A stretch of DNA of 64,000 bases, taken from the IMG/VR virus record IMGVR_UViG_3300019776_000194, positions 20,395 through 84,394 of that record. One strand, 5' to 3'. The notes under the pieces were generated by a model, which did not search any database, was not told the DNA's origin, and saw only the letters and a program-made list of their open reading frames with translations. Origin of the DNA: a virus. Position 1 is the first letter of the stretch, and the number at the start of each line of letters is the position of its first letter. This document shows positions 1 through 9,624 of the stretch, one piece after another. The position numbers and the translations under genes are program-made.

Positions 1-24
1 GACGCTGATTATGTTGTAAGTGTC

Positions 25-600
25 GTGGAAGCTATATCAAATAAAGGGGAGAAACAGGTACAAAGAGTGGTATGGAAGTGTCCTTATTACCAAAGGTGGA
101 TGAATATGTTAATGAGGTGCTATAGTCCAAAATATCAGGCGAGACAAACCTCTTATGTTGGCTGTTCAGTATGTGACGAATGGCTTTTATTTAGTAATTT
201 TAAAAATTGGATGATGACTCAGCAGTGGGAGGGTAAAGCCCTAGATAAAGATATCCTCTGCAAGGGTAATAGAGTATACTCTCCAGACTTTTGTGTCTTT
301 GTTGATCAAAACGTAAATAGCCTTCTAGCAGATAGTGCAAAGAAACGAGGAGAGTTCCCAATCGGTGTAAGCCTCCACAAAGAGAGCCAAAGATTGTTAG
401 CCACTTGCCTAGATGGACGGAGAAAGAAGGTGCATTTAGGTTTCTTCGATAATGCAGATGACGCACATGAAGCTTGGAGAAAATATAAACACGAATTAGC
501 TTGCAAACTTGCAGAAACTCAAGTTGATGTCAGGGTCAAGAACGCATTAAAAACAAGAGACTTGGCCTCGGAGTATCAGGAGGTGTTGAATGGAAAGTAA
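25..600 (+). CDS. Free-standing HNH-family homing endonuclease (probably 5'-truncated by the window edge)
   Basis: YQRWMNMLMRCY...Y.GCSVCDEW..FSNF...LDKDIL...YSPDFCVFV and a C-terminal AP2-like HLGFF...AHEAW motif; same family as 40509..41306. Confidence 0.75.
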   Translation: MEAISNKGEKQVQRVVWKCPYYQRWMNMLMRCYSPKYQARQTSYVGCSVCDEWLLFSNFKNWMMTQQWEGKALDKDILCKGNRVYSPDFCVFVDQNVNSLLADSAKKRGEFPIGVSLHKESQRLLATCLDGRRKKVHLGFFDNADDAHEAWRKYKHELACKLAETQVDVRVKNALKTRDLASEYQEVLNGK

Positions 601-730
601 CCAGCTATATTATTGTAACTCAGGAGTATTAGTTGCAAATATTATAAAGACACTCCATAATGTGTTAGAGCAATATCCAGAAGCAACATTGCATATTACG
701 CAAGATGGGTATATTGTTGTTTGTAAATAG
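590..730 (+). CDS. Small hypothetical protein (46 aa, MESNQLYY...)
   Basis: ORF read by hand, AGGAGG SD upstream, overlaps the end of the HNH gene. Confidence 0.5.
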   Translation: MESNQLYYCNSGVLVANIIKTLHNVLEQYPEATLHITQDGYIVVCK

Positions 731-733
731 GAG

Positions 734-762
734 TTGAAATACTGAAGAGTGAGTGGTATAAT
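734..762 (+). promoter_or_regulatory. Sigma70-type promoter for nrdJ
   Basis: TTGAAA-17 bp-TATAAT with extended -10 TG. Confidence 0.7.
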
Positions 763-815
763 AGTCGTTCCCTCTTCAGAAAAGAGAATTTAAAAATAAT
801 TATTGAAAGGTTAAC

Positions 816-2669
816 ATGGATAAAAAAGCATTAGCAGATATTACAGTATTTAACAAATATGCAAAATTTGTGCCTGAGCTAAATCGACGCGAATTGTGGG
901 GTGAAATCGTAGATCGTAATGCAGCTATGCATAAAGAAAAATACCCACACATGGCTGAAAAGATTGATGATGTGTACAGTAAATTTGTGAAGACAAAACG
1001 TGTACTACCTTCCATGCGATCACTACAATTCGGAGGTCGTCCCATTCTTTTAAATGAAGCTCGTATTTTTAACTGCGCATACGCTCCAGCAGAAAGTCCA
1101 AAATTCTTCTCTGAGTTGATGTTCTTGTTGCTTGGTGGAACCGGAATGGGGTATAGTGTACAGCAGCGACACGTTGGTAAGCTCCCCAAGATTAAGCAAC
1201 CAGAAAGTGATGGAGAGTATAAGTTTCAGATTCAAGATTCGATTGTAGGCTGGAGTGACGCAATCAAAGTAGTGTGCAAAGCTTTCTTTAATGCTGGAAC
1301 ACTTCCTGTATTTGATTACCGTGATATTCGGGAAAAAGGAGCAGACTTAGTAACAACAGGAGGACAAGCTCCGGGTCATGCGCCTTTGAAGGCATGCGTG
1401 GAACAGTTAGTGGCTTTATTGCGAGGAGCTATCGGGCGTAAGTTGAAGCCTATTGAAGTACATGATATGGCTTGTATTATTGCAGATGCTGTCTTAGCTG
1501 GAGGTATTCGTAGAGCTGCTATGATTTCTTTGTTTGACCGTGACGATGAAGAGATGCTGACAGCGAAAGCTGGTGAATGGTACTTGACTCATCCGTATCG
1601 TGCTCGTTCTAACAATTCTGCAGTGTTGCCTCGTGGTGATGTAACTGAAGAAGAGTTTACAAACTTGATGAAGCGGGTTGAAGAATCTGGCTGCGGTGAG
1701 CCGGGTGTGTATTGGACTAATAACGAAGATTGGGGAACCAATCCATGTTGTGAGATTGCACTACGTCCTTATCAGATGTGTAACTTAACAGAGCTAAATG
1801 CTGGTAAGATTTATACTCAAGAAGAGTTTAATGAAGTAGCAAGTGCAGGAGCTTTCATCGGCACATTACAAGCAGGCTATACAGACTTCCACTACTTGAA
1901 TCCCAAATGGAAGATTGCTTGTGAGAAGGATGCTTTGCTGGGTGTGTCAATGACAGGAATTGCATCTGGTACTGTTGAGAAGCTTGACATGAAAGAAGCT
2001 GTAAAACATGCGAAAGAAACTAATGCTGAAATCTCTAAGATGATTGGCATCAAGAAAGCAGCACGAGTCACCGCAGTAAAACCTGCAGGAACAACTTCTC
2101 TTGTCTTAGGTACATCTTCTGGTATTCACGCATGGCACAACGATTACTACATTCGACGTATGCGGGCAGGTAAAGACGAAGCATTGGCAATGTATATGAT
2201 GACAGTAGCACCTGACTTGGTAGAGCAAGATGTGTTTGTACCACACCAAGTAGTTTTGAGCTTCCCACAGAAGGCTCCTGAAGGTGCAGCATTACGTACA
2301 GAGTCTATGTTGTCTTTACTAGAGCGTGTGAAGAATGTGTCTTTGAATTGGGTTGCACAAGGACATCGTAGTGGTACTAATAAGCACAATGTGTCTTGTA
2401 CTATCTCGGTTAAAGATGGAGAATGGAAAGAGTTGACTTCGTGGATGTGGGATAACCGTGAGCACTATAATGGTATTTCTGTTTTACCTTACTTTGGTGC
2501 AGAAGCTTATCCGCAACTGCCATTCGAGGATATTACAAAAGCGCGTTATGAAGAAATGTTGCCGCTATTAGAAACACTTGACATTAGTCAAGTGTATGAA
2601 ACAAATGGTAAGTCAATTAATTTATCATCTGAAATTGCATGTTCAGGTGGTGGTTGCGATATTATTTAA
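816..2669 (+). CDS. nrdJ: Class II (adenosylcobalamin-dependent) ribonucleotide reductase
   Basis: PSMRSLQFGG, NCAY, GGIRRAAMI, TNPCCEI (radical Cys), CNLTE, VKPAGTTS and C-terminal CSGGGC Cys pair; no beta-subunit gene adjacent. Confidence 0.92.
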   Translation: MDKKALADITVFNKYAKFVPELNRRELWGEIVDRNAAMHKEKYPHMAEKIDDVYSKFVKTKRVLPSMRSLQFGGRPILLNEARIFNCAYAPAESPKFFSELMFLLLGGTGMGYSVQQRHVGKLPKIKQPESDGEYKFQIQDSIVGWSDAIKVVCKAFFNAGTLPVFDYRDIREKGADLVTTGGQAPGHAPLKACVEQLVALLRGAIGRKLKPIEVHDMACIIADAVLAGGIRRAAMISLFDRDDEEMLTAKAGEWYLTHPYRARSNNSAVLPRGDVTEEEFTNLMKRVEESGCGEPGVYWTNNEDWGTNPCCEIALRPYQMCNLTELNAGKIYTQEEFNEVASAGAFIGTLQAGYTDFHYLNPKWKIACEKDALLGVSMTGIASGTVEKLDMKEAVKHAKETNAEISKMIGIKKAARVTAVKPAGTTSLVLGTSSGIHAWHNDYYIRRMRAGKDEALAMYMMTVAPDLVEQDVFVPHQVVLSFPQKAPEGAALRTESMLSLLERVKNVSLNWVAQGHRSGTNKHNVSCTISVKDGEWKELTSWMWDNREHYNGISVLPYFGAEAYPQLPFEDITKARYEEMLPLLETLDISQVYETNGKSINLSSEIACSGGGCDII

Positions 2670-2678
2670 GGAGAATAA

Positions 2679-2930
2679 ATGTTAACAGTGTACTCAAAAA
2701 CAAACTGCCCTGCGTGTATCAATGTTAAAGTTCTTTTAGATAAATACGGCATTAGTTACGAAGAAATTAATATGGATGAAAATAAGGAAGCTAAAGAGTT
2801 TATTATCTCTGAAGGACACAGACAAGCTCCTCAGATTTATAAAGGTAAAGATGTGTTTGTACAAGGTGGTTATCTTGGGCTTATTAAGATGACTGAAACA
2901 GAAGTTAAGAAGTTACTTTATGGTACATGA
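2679..2930 (+). CDS. Glutaredoxin / NrdH-like redoxin
   Basis: VYSKTNCPAC active site and QAPQI cis-Pro motif, directly after the RNR gene. Confidence 0.9.
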   Translation: MLTVYSKTNCPACINVKVLLDKYGISYEEINMDENKEAKEFIISEGHRQAPQIYKGKDVFVQGGYLGLIKMTETEVKKLLYGT

Positions 2931-2993
2931 ATACAATGGGAGGATTTAAAACTTCCTCCTATAAATTTGTGGAATGCTCCTAGAAAATAGTTC

Positions 2994-3022
2994 TTGACAA
3001 AGGAAAGCTCTTAATCCATAAT
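2994..3022 (+). promoter_or_regulatory. Sigma70-type promoter
   Basis: TTGACA-17 bp-CATAAT upstream of the small-gene cluster. Confidence 0.7.
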
Positions 3023-3053
3023 AGAGCTTTCCAAACAAACTAAGGAGAATAAT

Positions 3054-5601
3054 ATGTGGACATTGATATTTGTTTATAGCTTGTATGGAAGTTATATTCC
3101 GCACACAACAGGCAATAAAGCAGAGATATCGCACCCTGTCACTGTCACCAAAGACTTCAAGACAAAGCAAGGCTGTGAGTTTGTGCAGAAGTGGCTTGAA
3201 CAGAATACTGTAAATAATCGTAAACGTATTGATGTATCTATTTGCATTAAAGGAGAATAACATGAGTAAATGGAAATTTACAGACTTTGGTGGTGAACTG
3301 TACGAGGCAGAATATTTAGAAAAGTTTGATTTCTTTGTTATCCAAAGAATTGATCGAGTTACAGACGTAACTTTTGAATTTGATGTTGAAGAAGTTGAAG
3401 ATTACCTCAACAGAGGCATTTGGAGACGACTTTCATGAGCCTCAAAGAATTATGGCAACAACCTGAATACAAGGAAAGACTGAAAGAATCTCACAGGCTT
3501 GCAAGAGAACGTATTGCTAAAGTGTTTGATTCAGAATACGACTCCTTAGAGTCGTTAATTCTTGAGATGGCTGATAATCCTCACTATCCGCATAAATTTA
3601 AGTTCAAAGTGCTTAATGAGAGACGCGCTAAGAGTAAGAACAATAGGATTGGGAGTGGAAAGTATTACACCAAGTTTTGTGCGGAAGTGTCTCACTGTGG
3701 GAAGTATTTTCTAATATCTCCTGAGAGTAGTGAACACGCTAAGGTTGTAATGTCTATGTCAGAGTTAAAGCGTTTGGAAGTTGTAAAGCGGGTGGTAGTC
3801 TTTATCAAGAACACCTATCGTAAATTCAAGAAGGAGGAATGAAATGGATTTTATTAAAGTATGGTGTGAATATGATATGTCTGGACAGTTTGGGGGCAAC
3901 AGTAATGAGGAAGTATTTATTGTGTCGGATTCACTGACAGATGCTGAAATTGATAGTCTAGTGTGTAAAGAACTCCAGTGGATTTGGAAGGATGTAATGG
4001 AGGAAGATGCACAAGCTGAGAATATCATTGAAGCAAGGTTAGCTGGATGGGAATATATCACAATACAAAATTTGGGGAGTTAGTGATGAGTTTTATTGAG
4101 ATGGTCTTTGCCGTAATGGTAGGTGGATTACTTGTAGTAAGCACAGTAGGTTATTGTCTGTACATTGGCTGGAAATGGGTTTGGAAAGACGTTATGAAGG
4201 ATTTGACTATAGCTTATGACGTATATTTGAAACGTAGTTATGAGACATTTGAGGAGAATAGATAATGGCAATCAAAAAGGAAACACTCACATCACTTCGT
4301 AAGGATGTTAAAGAGTTGAAAGAGCAGTTGGAGAAAACTAATAAAGAACTTGAGTCTGTGAAGTCAAGTAAGGAGTATTACAATAAACGTGCTGAGAAAG
4401 CAGAAGCTGAGACGGAGAGCATCCACAGTTTATTAGATGTCTTACCAAATGCATTAGCTCGTAAAACTGTACCAGACCCTGAACAAACTTGGAAAGTGAT
4501 TGAACATAATTTGATGACTCGATTTGCATCATATTTAGCTTTGCGTTAGGAGAAGAAATGAATATTACAAAAGATACAGTCGTGACATTGACAGTAGGAC
4601 AAATTCAAGCAGCATTCACAGAATGGGATAGACGTTATCGTGAAGACCCTGATGAGTTTATGAATGAAGCCTATCGTTTATTGTTTGAAGATGAGAATGA
4701 CTATGGTGCAGAAGCTACTCCATATTTCTTGTCTGTTGTCGAAGATTTGAAAGGAGAATAAAGTGAATGACAAAGATTTTATCAAGGAATTGATATCAAG
4801 AGGAGCCAATGCATATGACGGGTACTTTCATTATGCACATTTGGTCGCGGTATTGCTTCCGAAGAACTTACATGGCTCGTTAGAACAGTTATTAACTAAT
4901 CCTACTTGGGACGGAGATGTAATTAGTAAGACGTATAGAGATGGGTTATTGCAGTACGGTCTAGCAGTAAGAGTATGTGTAAATAATCAGCAAGGATTTA
5001 CAGCAGCAACATACTTTGCGTACACAGTTATGAAAATAATTAACGATATTAAAATGGGCAAGATTGGTGCTTAACTAAGGAGAATAGATGACTAACAATA
5101 AAGGTAAATATCCTGTAGATGATTCAGGGGATATGATTGACTACCCTTGTAATTGGAATAAACCTGATAACTGGTTTGAAATGAAACCATTCTTTGCTAC
5201 ATTAGAATACAAAGGATTTCAACAAGGACGCAGCAGTGTACGATTTATTTTACAAGACGTACAAACTGGTGTAACATACTCCTTAATGCGAAATAGCTTT
5301 GACACATTCATTACAAAAGCTAAGAACGGCATTCTTGGAGCAGAGTATATTGTAGTAAAACGTGGAGCCAATTATGGCTTGGTATTAACAGAGGATTTAT
5401 AAGGAGAATATAATGACAAAGTATTACAAAATCGAGGAACAAGAGTTGTTAAGTTTATTATCAGATAGTCGTGAACTAACAGCACTACAAGGAGCTGGTG
5501 TGGACAATTGGTGTGGTTATGATGATCGTTGGGAAGGTATGGATGAGTGGGAAGAAACCACAGCAGAAGATTTACCAAGTATGTATGAAGAAGCTAACTA
5601 G
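3054..5601 (+). CDS. Cluster of tightly packed small hypothetical proteins (3054-3260, 3262-3438, 3435-3842, 3844-4083, 4086-4265, 4265-4549, 4558-4761, 4763-5074, 5088-5402, 5413-5601)
   Basis: Abutting or overlapping ORFs, most with an AGGAGAA SD; 5413-5601 carries the GVDNWxGY motif common in phage proteins. Confidence 0.7.
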
Positions 5602-5625
5602 AAATAATGGACAAAGGAGAACGAA

Positions 5626-5898
5626 GTGAAAGATCAACACAAACAAATTAAAGGCTATCGAGACTTATCACAAGAGGAAATCGACTTGATGAATAAGATT
5701 AAAGCTTTAGCAGAGCAAGTTGGAGAGCTTGTGTCGGAAGTAGCTTCTAAGAATGATTGGCTTAATCAGAAGGATGTCTCAATTGCAGATAAACAAGTCT
5801 ATGATGATGCAGTAGATTGGGCAAACAATGCAAAGACAAACTTGCAAGTCGGATTCATGCAGCTCACTCGTGCAGTAGCTAAACCAACAACATTTTAA
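5626..5898 (+). CDS. acb2: Acb2-family anti-CBASS cyclic oligonucleotide sponge
   Basis: QHKQIKGYRDLSQEEIDLMNKIK N-terminus and KTNLQVGFMQLTRAVAKPTTF C-terminus match the Acb2 pattern; 90 aa. Confidence 0.88.
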   Translation: MKDQHKQIKGYRDLSQEEIDLMNKIKALAEQVGELVSEVASKNDWLNQKDVSIADKQVYDDAVDWANNAKTNLQVGFMQLTRAVAKPTTF

Positions 5899-5911
5899 GG
5901 AGAACTAAACA

Positions 5912-6274
5912 ATGAGTAACGTATTTGATGATTTAAAACAACGAGCATTAGAAATTAACAAGAAGCAAGAATTACTGAAAGATTACATTGCGCAATTAGA
6001 AGCTGTACAAGCAATTGATGCAGAGATTAAAGAATTGCAAGAGAAGCGTAAAGCTGTCATTGCTGCTGATACAGAAATCTTTGCTTTGACAAATGAGATT
6101 AAAGAGTTGTCTAAAGAGTTTGGTAAGGCTGCTAAAACTGTGTCTAAAGGTTTCTCATTTAAACCTGCTGTCACGAAACAGTATGTTAAGGCTGCAATCA
6201 AGAGTGATGCTGCTGTCGCAGTAGTAAAAGAGAAGGGGAATGCTTTTGCTTTCCTTGATAGTAAATTCAACTAA
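5912..6274 (+). CDS. Hypothetical coiled-coil protein
   Basis: Heptad-rich helical sequence, AGGAGAA SD. Confidence 0.7.
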   Translation: MSNVFDDLKQRALEINKKQELLKDYIAQLEAVQAIDAEIKELQEKRKAVIAADTEIFALTNEIKELSKEFGKAAKTVSKGFSFKPAVTKQYVKAAIKSDAAVAVVKEKGNAFAFLDSKFN

Positions 6275-6283
6275 GGAGAAAAT

Positions 6284-6454
6284 ATGAAGACAGCTTGGTT
6301 TTTAATCCTCTTATGGATTACAGTGATTGTAGGTTGGTGCATGAATATTTATCAACTTACTCAAATGGGCGGAGAGGTTACAAGTAAATTTATATTGAAA
6401 GTTGTAGGTATATTTGTAGTACCTCTTGGCAGTATTTTAGGTTTATTTAATTAA
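6284..6454 (+). CDS. Small membrane protein (56 aa, MKTAWFLILLW...)
   Basis: ORF read by hand, two hydrophobic segments, AAGGAGAA SD. Confidence 0.65.
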   Translation: MKTAWFLILLWITVIVGWCMNIYQLTQMGGEVTSKFILKVVGIFVVPLGSILGLFN

Positions 6455-6466
6455 AGGAGAATTATT

Positions 6467-6718
6467 ATGGGTTTCTTGCAAATATTAAAATTAGTACTAC
6501 AATTGCTTCCATTAATTTTAGAAGCAATTAAGACAGTAGAAGCAGCTTCCAATGTTTCTGGTAATGGTTCTGCCAAACTTGAGTTGGTTAAAGGATTGCT
6601 GACAAGCACAGTTGACATTGGCAACGATGTTGATAAGAGTCAGTATGGTGCAGCAATCGAGAAAGCCATTGCATTGAGTGTTAGCTTCTTCAATACTGTA
6701 GGTGTGTTTAAGAAGTAA
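6467..6718 (+). CDS. Hypothetical protein with amphipathic/hydrophobic N-terminus
   Basis: ORF with AAGGAGAA SD; last gene before a convergent terminator. Confidence 0.65.
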   Translation: MGFLQILKLVLQLLPLILEAIKTVEAASNVSGNGSAKLELVKGLLTSTVDIGNDVDKSQYGAAIEKAIALSVSFFNTVGVFKK

Positions 6719-6725
6719 TAGACGT

Positions 6726-6758
6726 AAAAAGAGGCGGTGTCCCTTTCAGGAGCCGCCT
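6726..6758 (-). terminator. Intrinsic terminator at the convergence of the + strand genes and the late operon
   Basis: AGGCGG...CCGCCT stem with an A-run on the left (U-run on the - strand). Confidence 0.6.
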
Positions 6759-6913
6759 AAGTAGTCCTCTCAGACTAGTAAACACATTGTATTGTAAAGC
6801 GGATTCCTTCGACAGACTCGCTTAACACTACTGTAACATCTTCTACCCTCTTTTGCTCATAGGCTTCTAACAAAGGCTTTAAAGTAATCGAGGGTATTAT
6901 TTTATATACGCAA

Positions 6914-7273
6914 TTACTTGTTCGGGGAGTGATCTTCAATCGGAGCAAGCTCTCTTGGTACGTTGATGGTGTCTGCTTCTGCCAATTCTGGTAAAGCTTC
7001 ACCTGTTGGTTTGGCTGGTAATACACCTGCTTTCTTTGAGGTGACGATATGCATAACTGTGGCTGCAAGAGTAAGCACAGCACCAGAGAAAGCTTCAACA
7101 GATGCTTCATCCAATGGAACTTCATATTGTGTTCCCTTAGTTAGTTTTACGATTGCATACAAGAAAGCTGAAAGAGCTGATACAGAGATAGTACCTTTCT
7201 TCCAAGCTTCTGCGTTGCTGATTTCTTGACCTTTGCGGAATAAATCCCAAAAAGTTGATAATTTACTAAACAT
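6914..7273 (-). CDS. Putative holin / lysis-associated membrane protein
   Basis: Two hydrophobic helices, directly downstream of the endolysin. Confidence 0.5.
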   Translation of the reverse strand: MFSKLSTFWDLFRKGQEISNAEAWKKGTISVSALSAFLYAIVKLTKGTQYEVPLDEASVEAFSGAVLTLAATVMHIVTSKKAGVLPAKPTGEALPELAEADTINVPRELAPIEDHSPNK

Positions 7274-7274
7274 A

Positions 7275-7712
7275 TTACATTCCTTTTAAAAACAATGCTC
7301 TTTCCATGTGCCTGCGATTGTCAAGCCCTTTAACCACTTTTCCACCAGCCTTATTCCACATTAGGAAGGCTTCTGCAGCTTCCTTCAAGCTTCCCTCACG
7401 AATCTTCCTAGCCACTGTAGACTTAGCAAAAGCTCCAACACCAATGTTGTATGCAAGTGATGTACAAGCTGCTTGTTGATTAGGAGATAGCTCACAGACT
7501 CTAGGACAGGCTCTATAGACGTTATTTAAGAACTCCTGAGCACGTATAGCCAATTCACTATCAGCCTTCTCCTGAGTCCATTTAAGACCTTTAACAACAC
7601 CTTTAGTTTCTCCATATCCTATAGTCCAGATTCCTACAATGTCTTGATAAGCTTCTAGCTTACAACCTTCAAATTGCTTTAGGAGTGGGATTAGTATTTG
7701 TAGTGCTGTCAT
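7275..7712 (-). CDS. Endolysin, GH24 lysozyme
   Basis: E-x8-D-x5-T triad (FEGCKLEAYQDIVGIWTIGYG), AYNIG and GLDNRR motifs. Confidence 0.93.
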   Translation of the reverse strand: MTALQILIPLLKQFEGCKLEAYQDIVGIWTIGYGETKGVVKGLKWTQEKADSELAIRAQEFLNNVYRACPRVCELSPNQQAACTSLAYNIGVGAFAKSTVARKIREGSLKEAAEAFLMWNKAGGKVVKGLDNRRHMERALFLKGM

Positions 7713-8044
7713 GGTCTGTCCTTCTTCAGTATCTCTAGAATCAAATCAATCTTCTCGCCAAGTCTGTTCTCCATTGCAGCAAGCTCTTTCTCAAAACGAT
7801 TTTCTACGCGATCAATAACTTTGTCATGCTCGAAACGAATCCTATCCATTTCCTTATCCCATCGTCTCTCATTATCTTCCACGACAGTTTTATCTGCTTT
7901 AACTTGTTTTACATGTTCAATAGCAGCATCTTGAGCTTCTTTTTCTTTACGTGTCATACTCCATAACGTACCTAGGAGAATACTAACTACACCAAACAAA
8001 CCCCCTAGAATCCAGAAAATTGCACTTATCATATCTTGAGACAT
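7709..8044 (-). CDS. Single-TM plus coiled-coil protein (holin/antiholin candidate)
   Basis: N-terminal TM helix, charged coiled coil, overlaps the endolysin start. Confidence 0.5.
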   Translation of the reverse strand: MSQDMISAIFWILGGLFGVVSILLGTLWSMTRKEKEAQDAAIEHVKQVKADKTVVEDNERRWDKEMDRIRFEHDKVIDRVENRFEKELAAMENRLGEKIDLILEILKKDRP

Positions 8045-8460
8045 CTATATTTCCTTTTTAAATAAATTAATGATGGTACTGAAAACAGAGCGCAAGATAT
8101 GATTTCAAGATGCTCTAAAGCTGGTACGATAATTGTATGGGGTTGCCAGTTGACAGTGGCAAGTAAAGACAAGTGGCATAGTAACATTAGTCCATTGATG
8201 AATATTAGAGGGTAGCTTACTCTAACATTAATGCATATAGCCATAGTAATTTTTATAAGTTCAAACCCCATACAAATAGCAAACCAAATATAGTATTGAG
8301 ATAGTTCATGCCCCATAGAGACACTGAAGTTGTGAATACTCTCTAGTGCTATTTGCATAGGTATTAAACTAGAAAAACCCACTACTAGAGTTAGTAGCAG
8401 GCTTCTCTTGCAATCCATATTTAATGCAATAGCAACAATTAATAAGATTGCATATAACAT
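8029..8460 (-). CDS. Multi-pass membrane protein (start MLYAILL at 8460)
   Basis: About five hydrophobic segments; lies in the lysis region. Confidence 0.6.
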   Translation of the reverse strand: MLYAILLIVAIALNMDCKRSLLLTLVVGFSSLIPMQIALESIHNFSVSMGHELSQYYIWFAICMGFELIKITMAICINVRVSYPLIFINGLMLLCHLSLLATVNWQPHTIIVPALEHLEIISCALFSVPSLIYLKRKYRCLKI

Positions 8461-8464
8461 AATG

Positions 8465-9031
8465 TTATGGGTTCTTAGGAGGTAAGCTTCCCCCTCCGGT
8501 TGAAGGGTCTGGTTCAGGTATTGTGTAGAACACTTCCAACTCAATCTTGTCTAATGACATCTTTTGGGCTGTTGTGTTACCATTACGGAACAGAGCATAC
8601 AAACCAAATGCATCGTCATTAACTTCTGCAGGAGTGATAGAAGTAGCACCCCACAAGTCAGCATCACCACCAACAACTTTAGTTACCAAGGAGTTCAATG
8701 TGAAAGCTGTCATACCCCGCCCAACTGCTCCTGTCACACCGCGCAGTTGTAGTCCACCACTATTACCATTTCCTGCACCTGCTGCCAAGAAGCCTGTGCT
8801 ATATGTAAACTCATTCTTACCTTTGATACGGGCTACTACACCTACTACAGTCGCATCAAGAGGGATGTCAAAGCCAAAAGCACTCAACTTTAAATATGGT
8901 GCATTTGTGTTTTGTGCTGTAGTTTGTGAGACAGCTAACACACCGTCATCTGCCATAACATTAGCTAGGTTAGTCCAGCCAGCCAAAGAGCCTGCTGTAG
9001 ATGTTGCGAGCTTTACTTGTGAATAAATCAT
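8465..9031 (-). CDS. Tail-fibre-associated beta-sandwich protein, paralog A
   Basis: Follows the fibre genes; shares WTN, GKN, LWG, ND..FG and RNGNTT.Q..SL motifs with 9070-9624. Confidence 0.6.
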   Translation of the reverse strand: MIYSQVKLATSTAGSLAGWTNLANVMADDGVLAVSQTTAQNTNAPYLKLSAFGFDIPLDATVVGVVARIKGKNEFTYSTGFLAAGAGNGNSGGLQLRGVTGAVGRGMTAFTLNSLVTKVVGGDADLWGATSITPAEVNDDAFGLYALFRNGNTTAQKMSLDKIELEVFYTIPEPDPSTGGGSLPPKNP

Positions 9032-9069
9032 TAATTGTTTCCTTCATTGTTATATCTCTTGCGAGACGT

Positions 9070-9624
9070 TTAAAATTCATACATAAAAAATTGTTGTTGG
9101 GAGCCTGACACACCTGCAACTGTGTAATACACTGTTATTGATACGTATTTGAGTGAAAATGTTTGTGTTGTTGTATTCCCGTTCCTCATCTGGATATGTA
9201 CACCAAAAGTCGAGTCATTTAAGTCTGCACCCGTTACCCCTGAGAGACCCCATAAAAATGTGCTTCCGTTGGTTGAAGGTATCGTCTTAGTTTGATCGGT
9301 AGTCCCTACAAAATTTGCTGACCCTGTATTTGATGACCCAGTGTACTGTGTACCGCCCTTCCTAAGAGTGCATTGGTAAGCAAAAAAACCCGTGCCACTT
9401 ACACCGTTTTTACCTGTAATTGATATCTCAATACCATCAATAGTTGCGGAGGATGGTAAAGGGTTTGATCCAAATGGGTTAAACCCCCTCCAAGGTGTTG
9501 AAATAGTGTTCTGCGCCACACTTGCGGATACTGCGTAATCAGCATCGTTTGTAAGAGCATTATTAGGGTTAGTCCAACTAACTGTCCCAGTGGTGTTTGC
9601 AAAAGGTTGAGTGGAAGTGGTCAT
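9070..9624 (-). CDS. Tail-fibre-associated beta-sandwich protein, paralog B
   Basis: Paralog of 8465-9031; overlaps the end of the 813-aa fibre gene. Confidence 0.6.
   Translation of the reverse strand: MTTSTQPFANTTGTVSWTNPNNALTNDADYAVSASVAQNTISTPWRGFNPFGSNPLPSSATIDGIEISITGKNGVSGTGFFAYQCTLRKGGTQYTGSSNTGSANFVGTTDQTKTIPSTNGSTFLWGLSGVTGADLNDSTFGVHIQMRNGNTTTQTFSLKYVSITVYYTVAGVSGSQQQFFMYEF

Noticed and set aside
8465-9624. Possible diversity-generating retroelement or shufflon in the fibre-tip paralogs
   Set aside because: No reverse transcriptase, no near-identical TR/VR pair with adenine-specific differences, same orientation, and no inverted crossover sites seen
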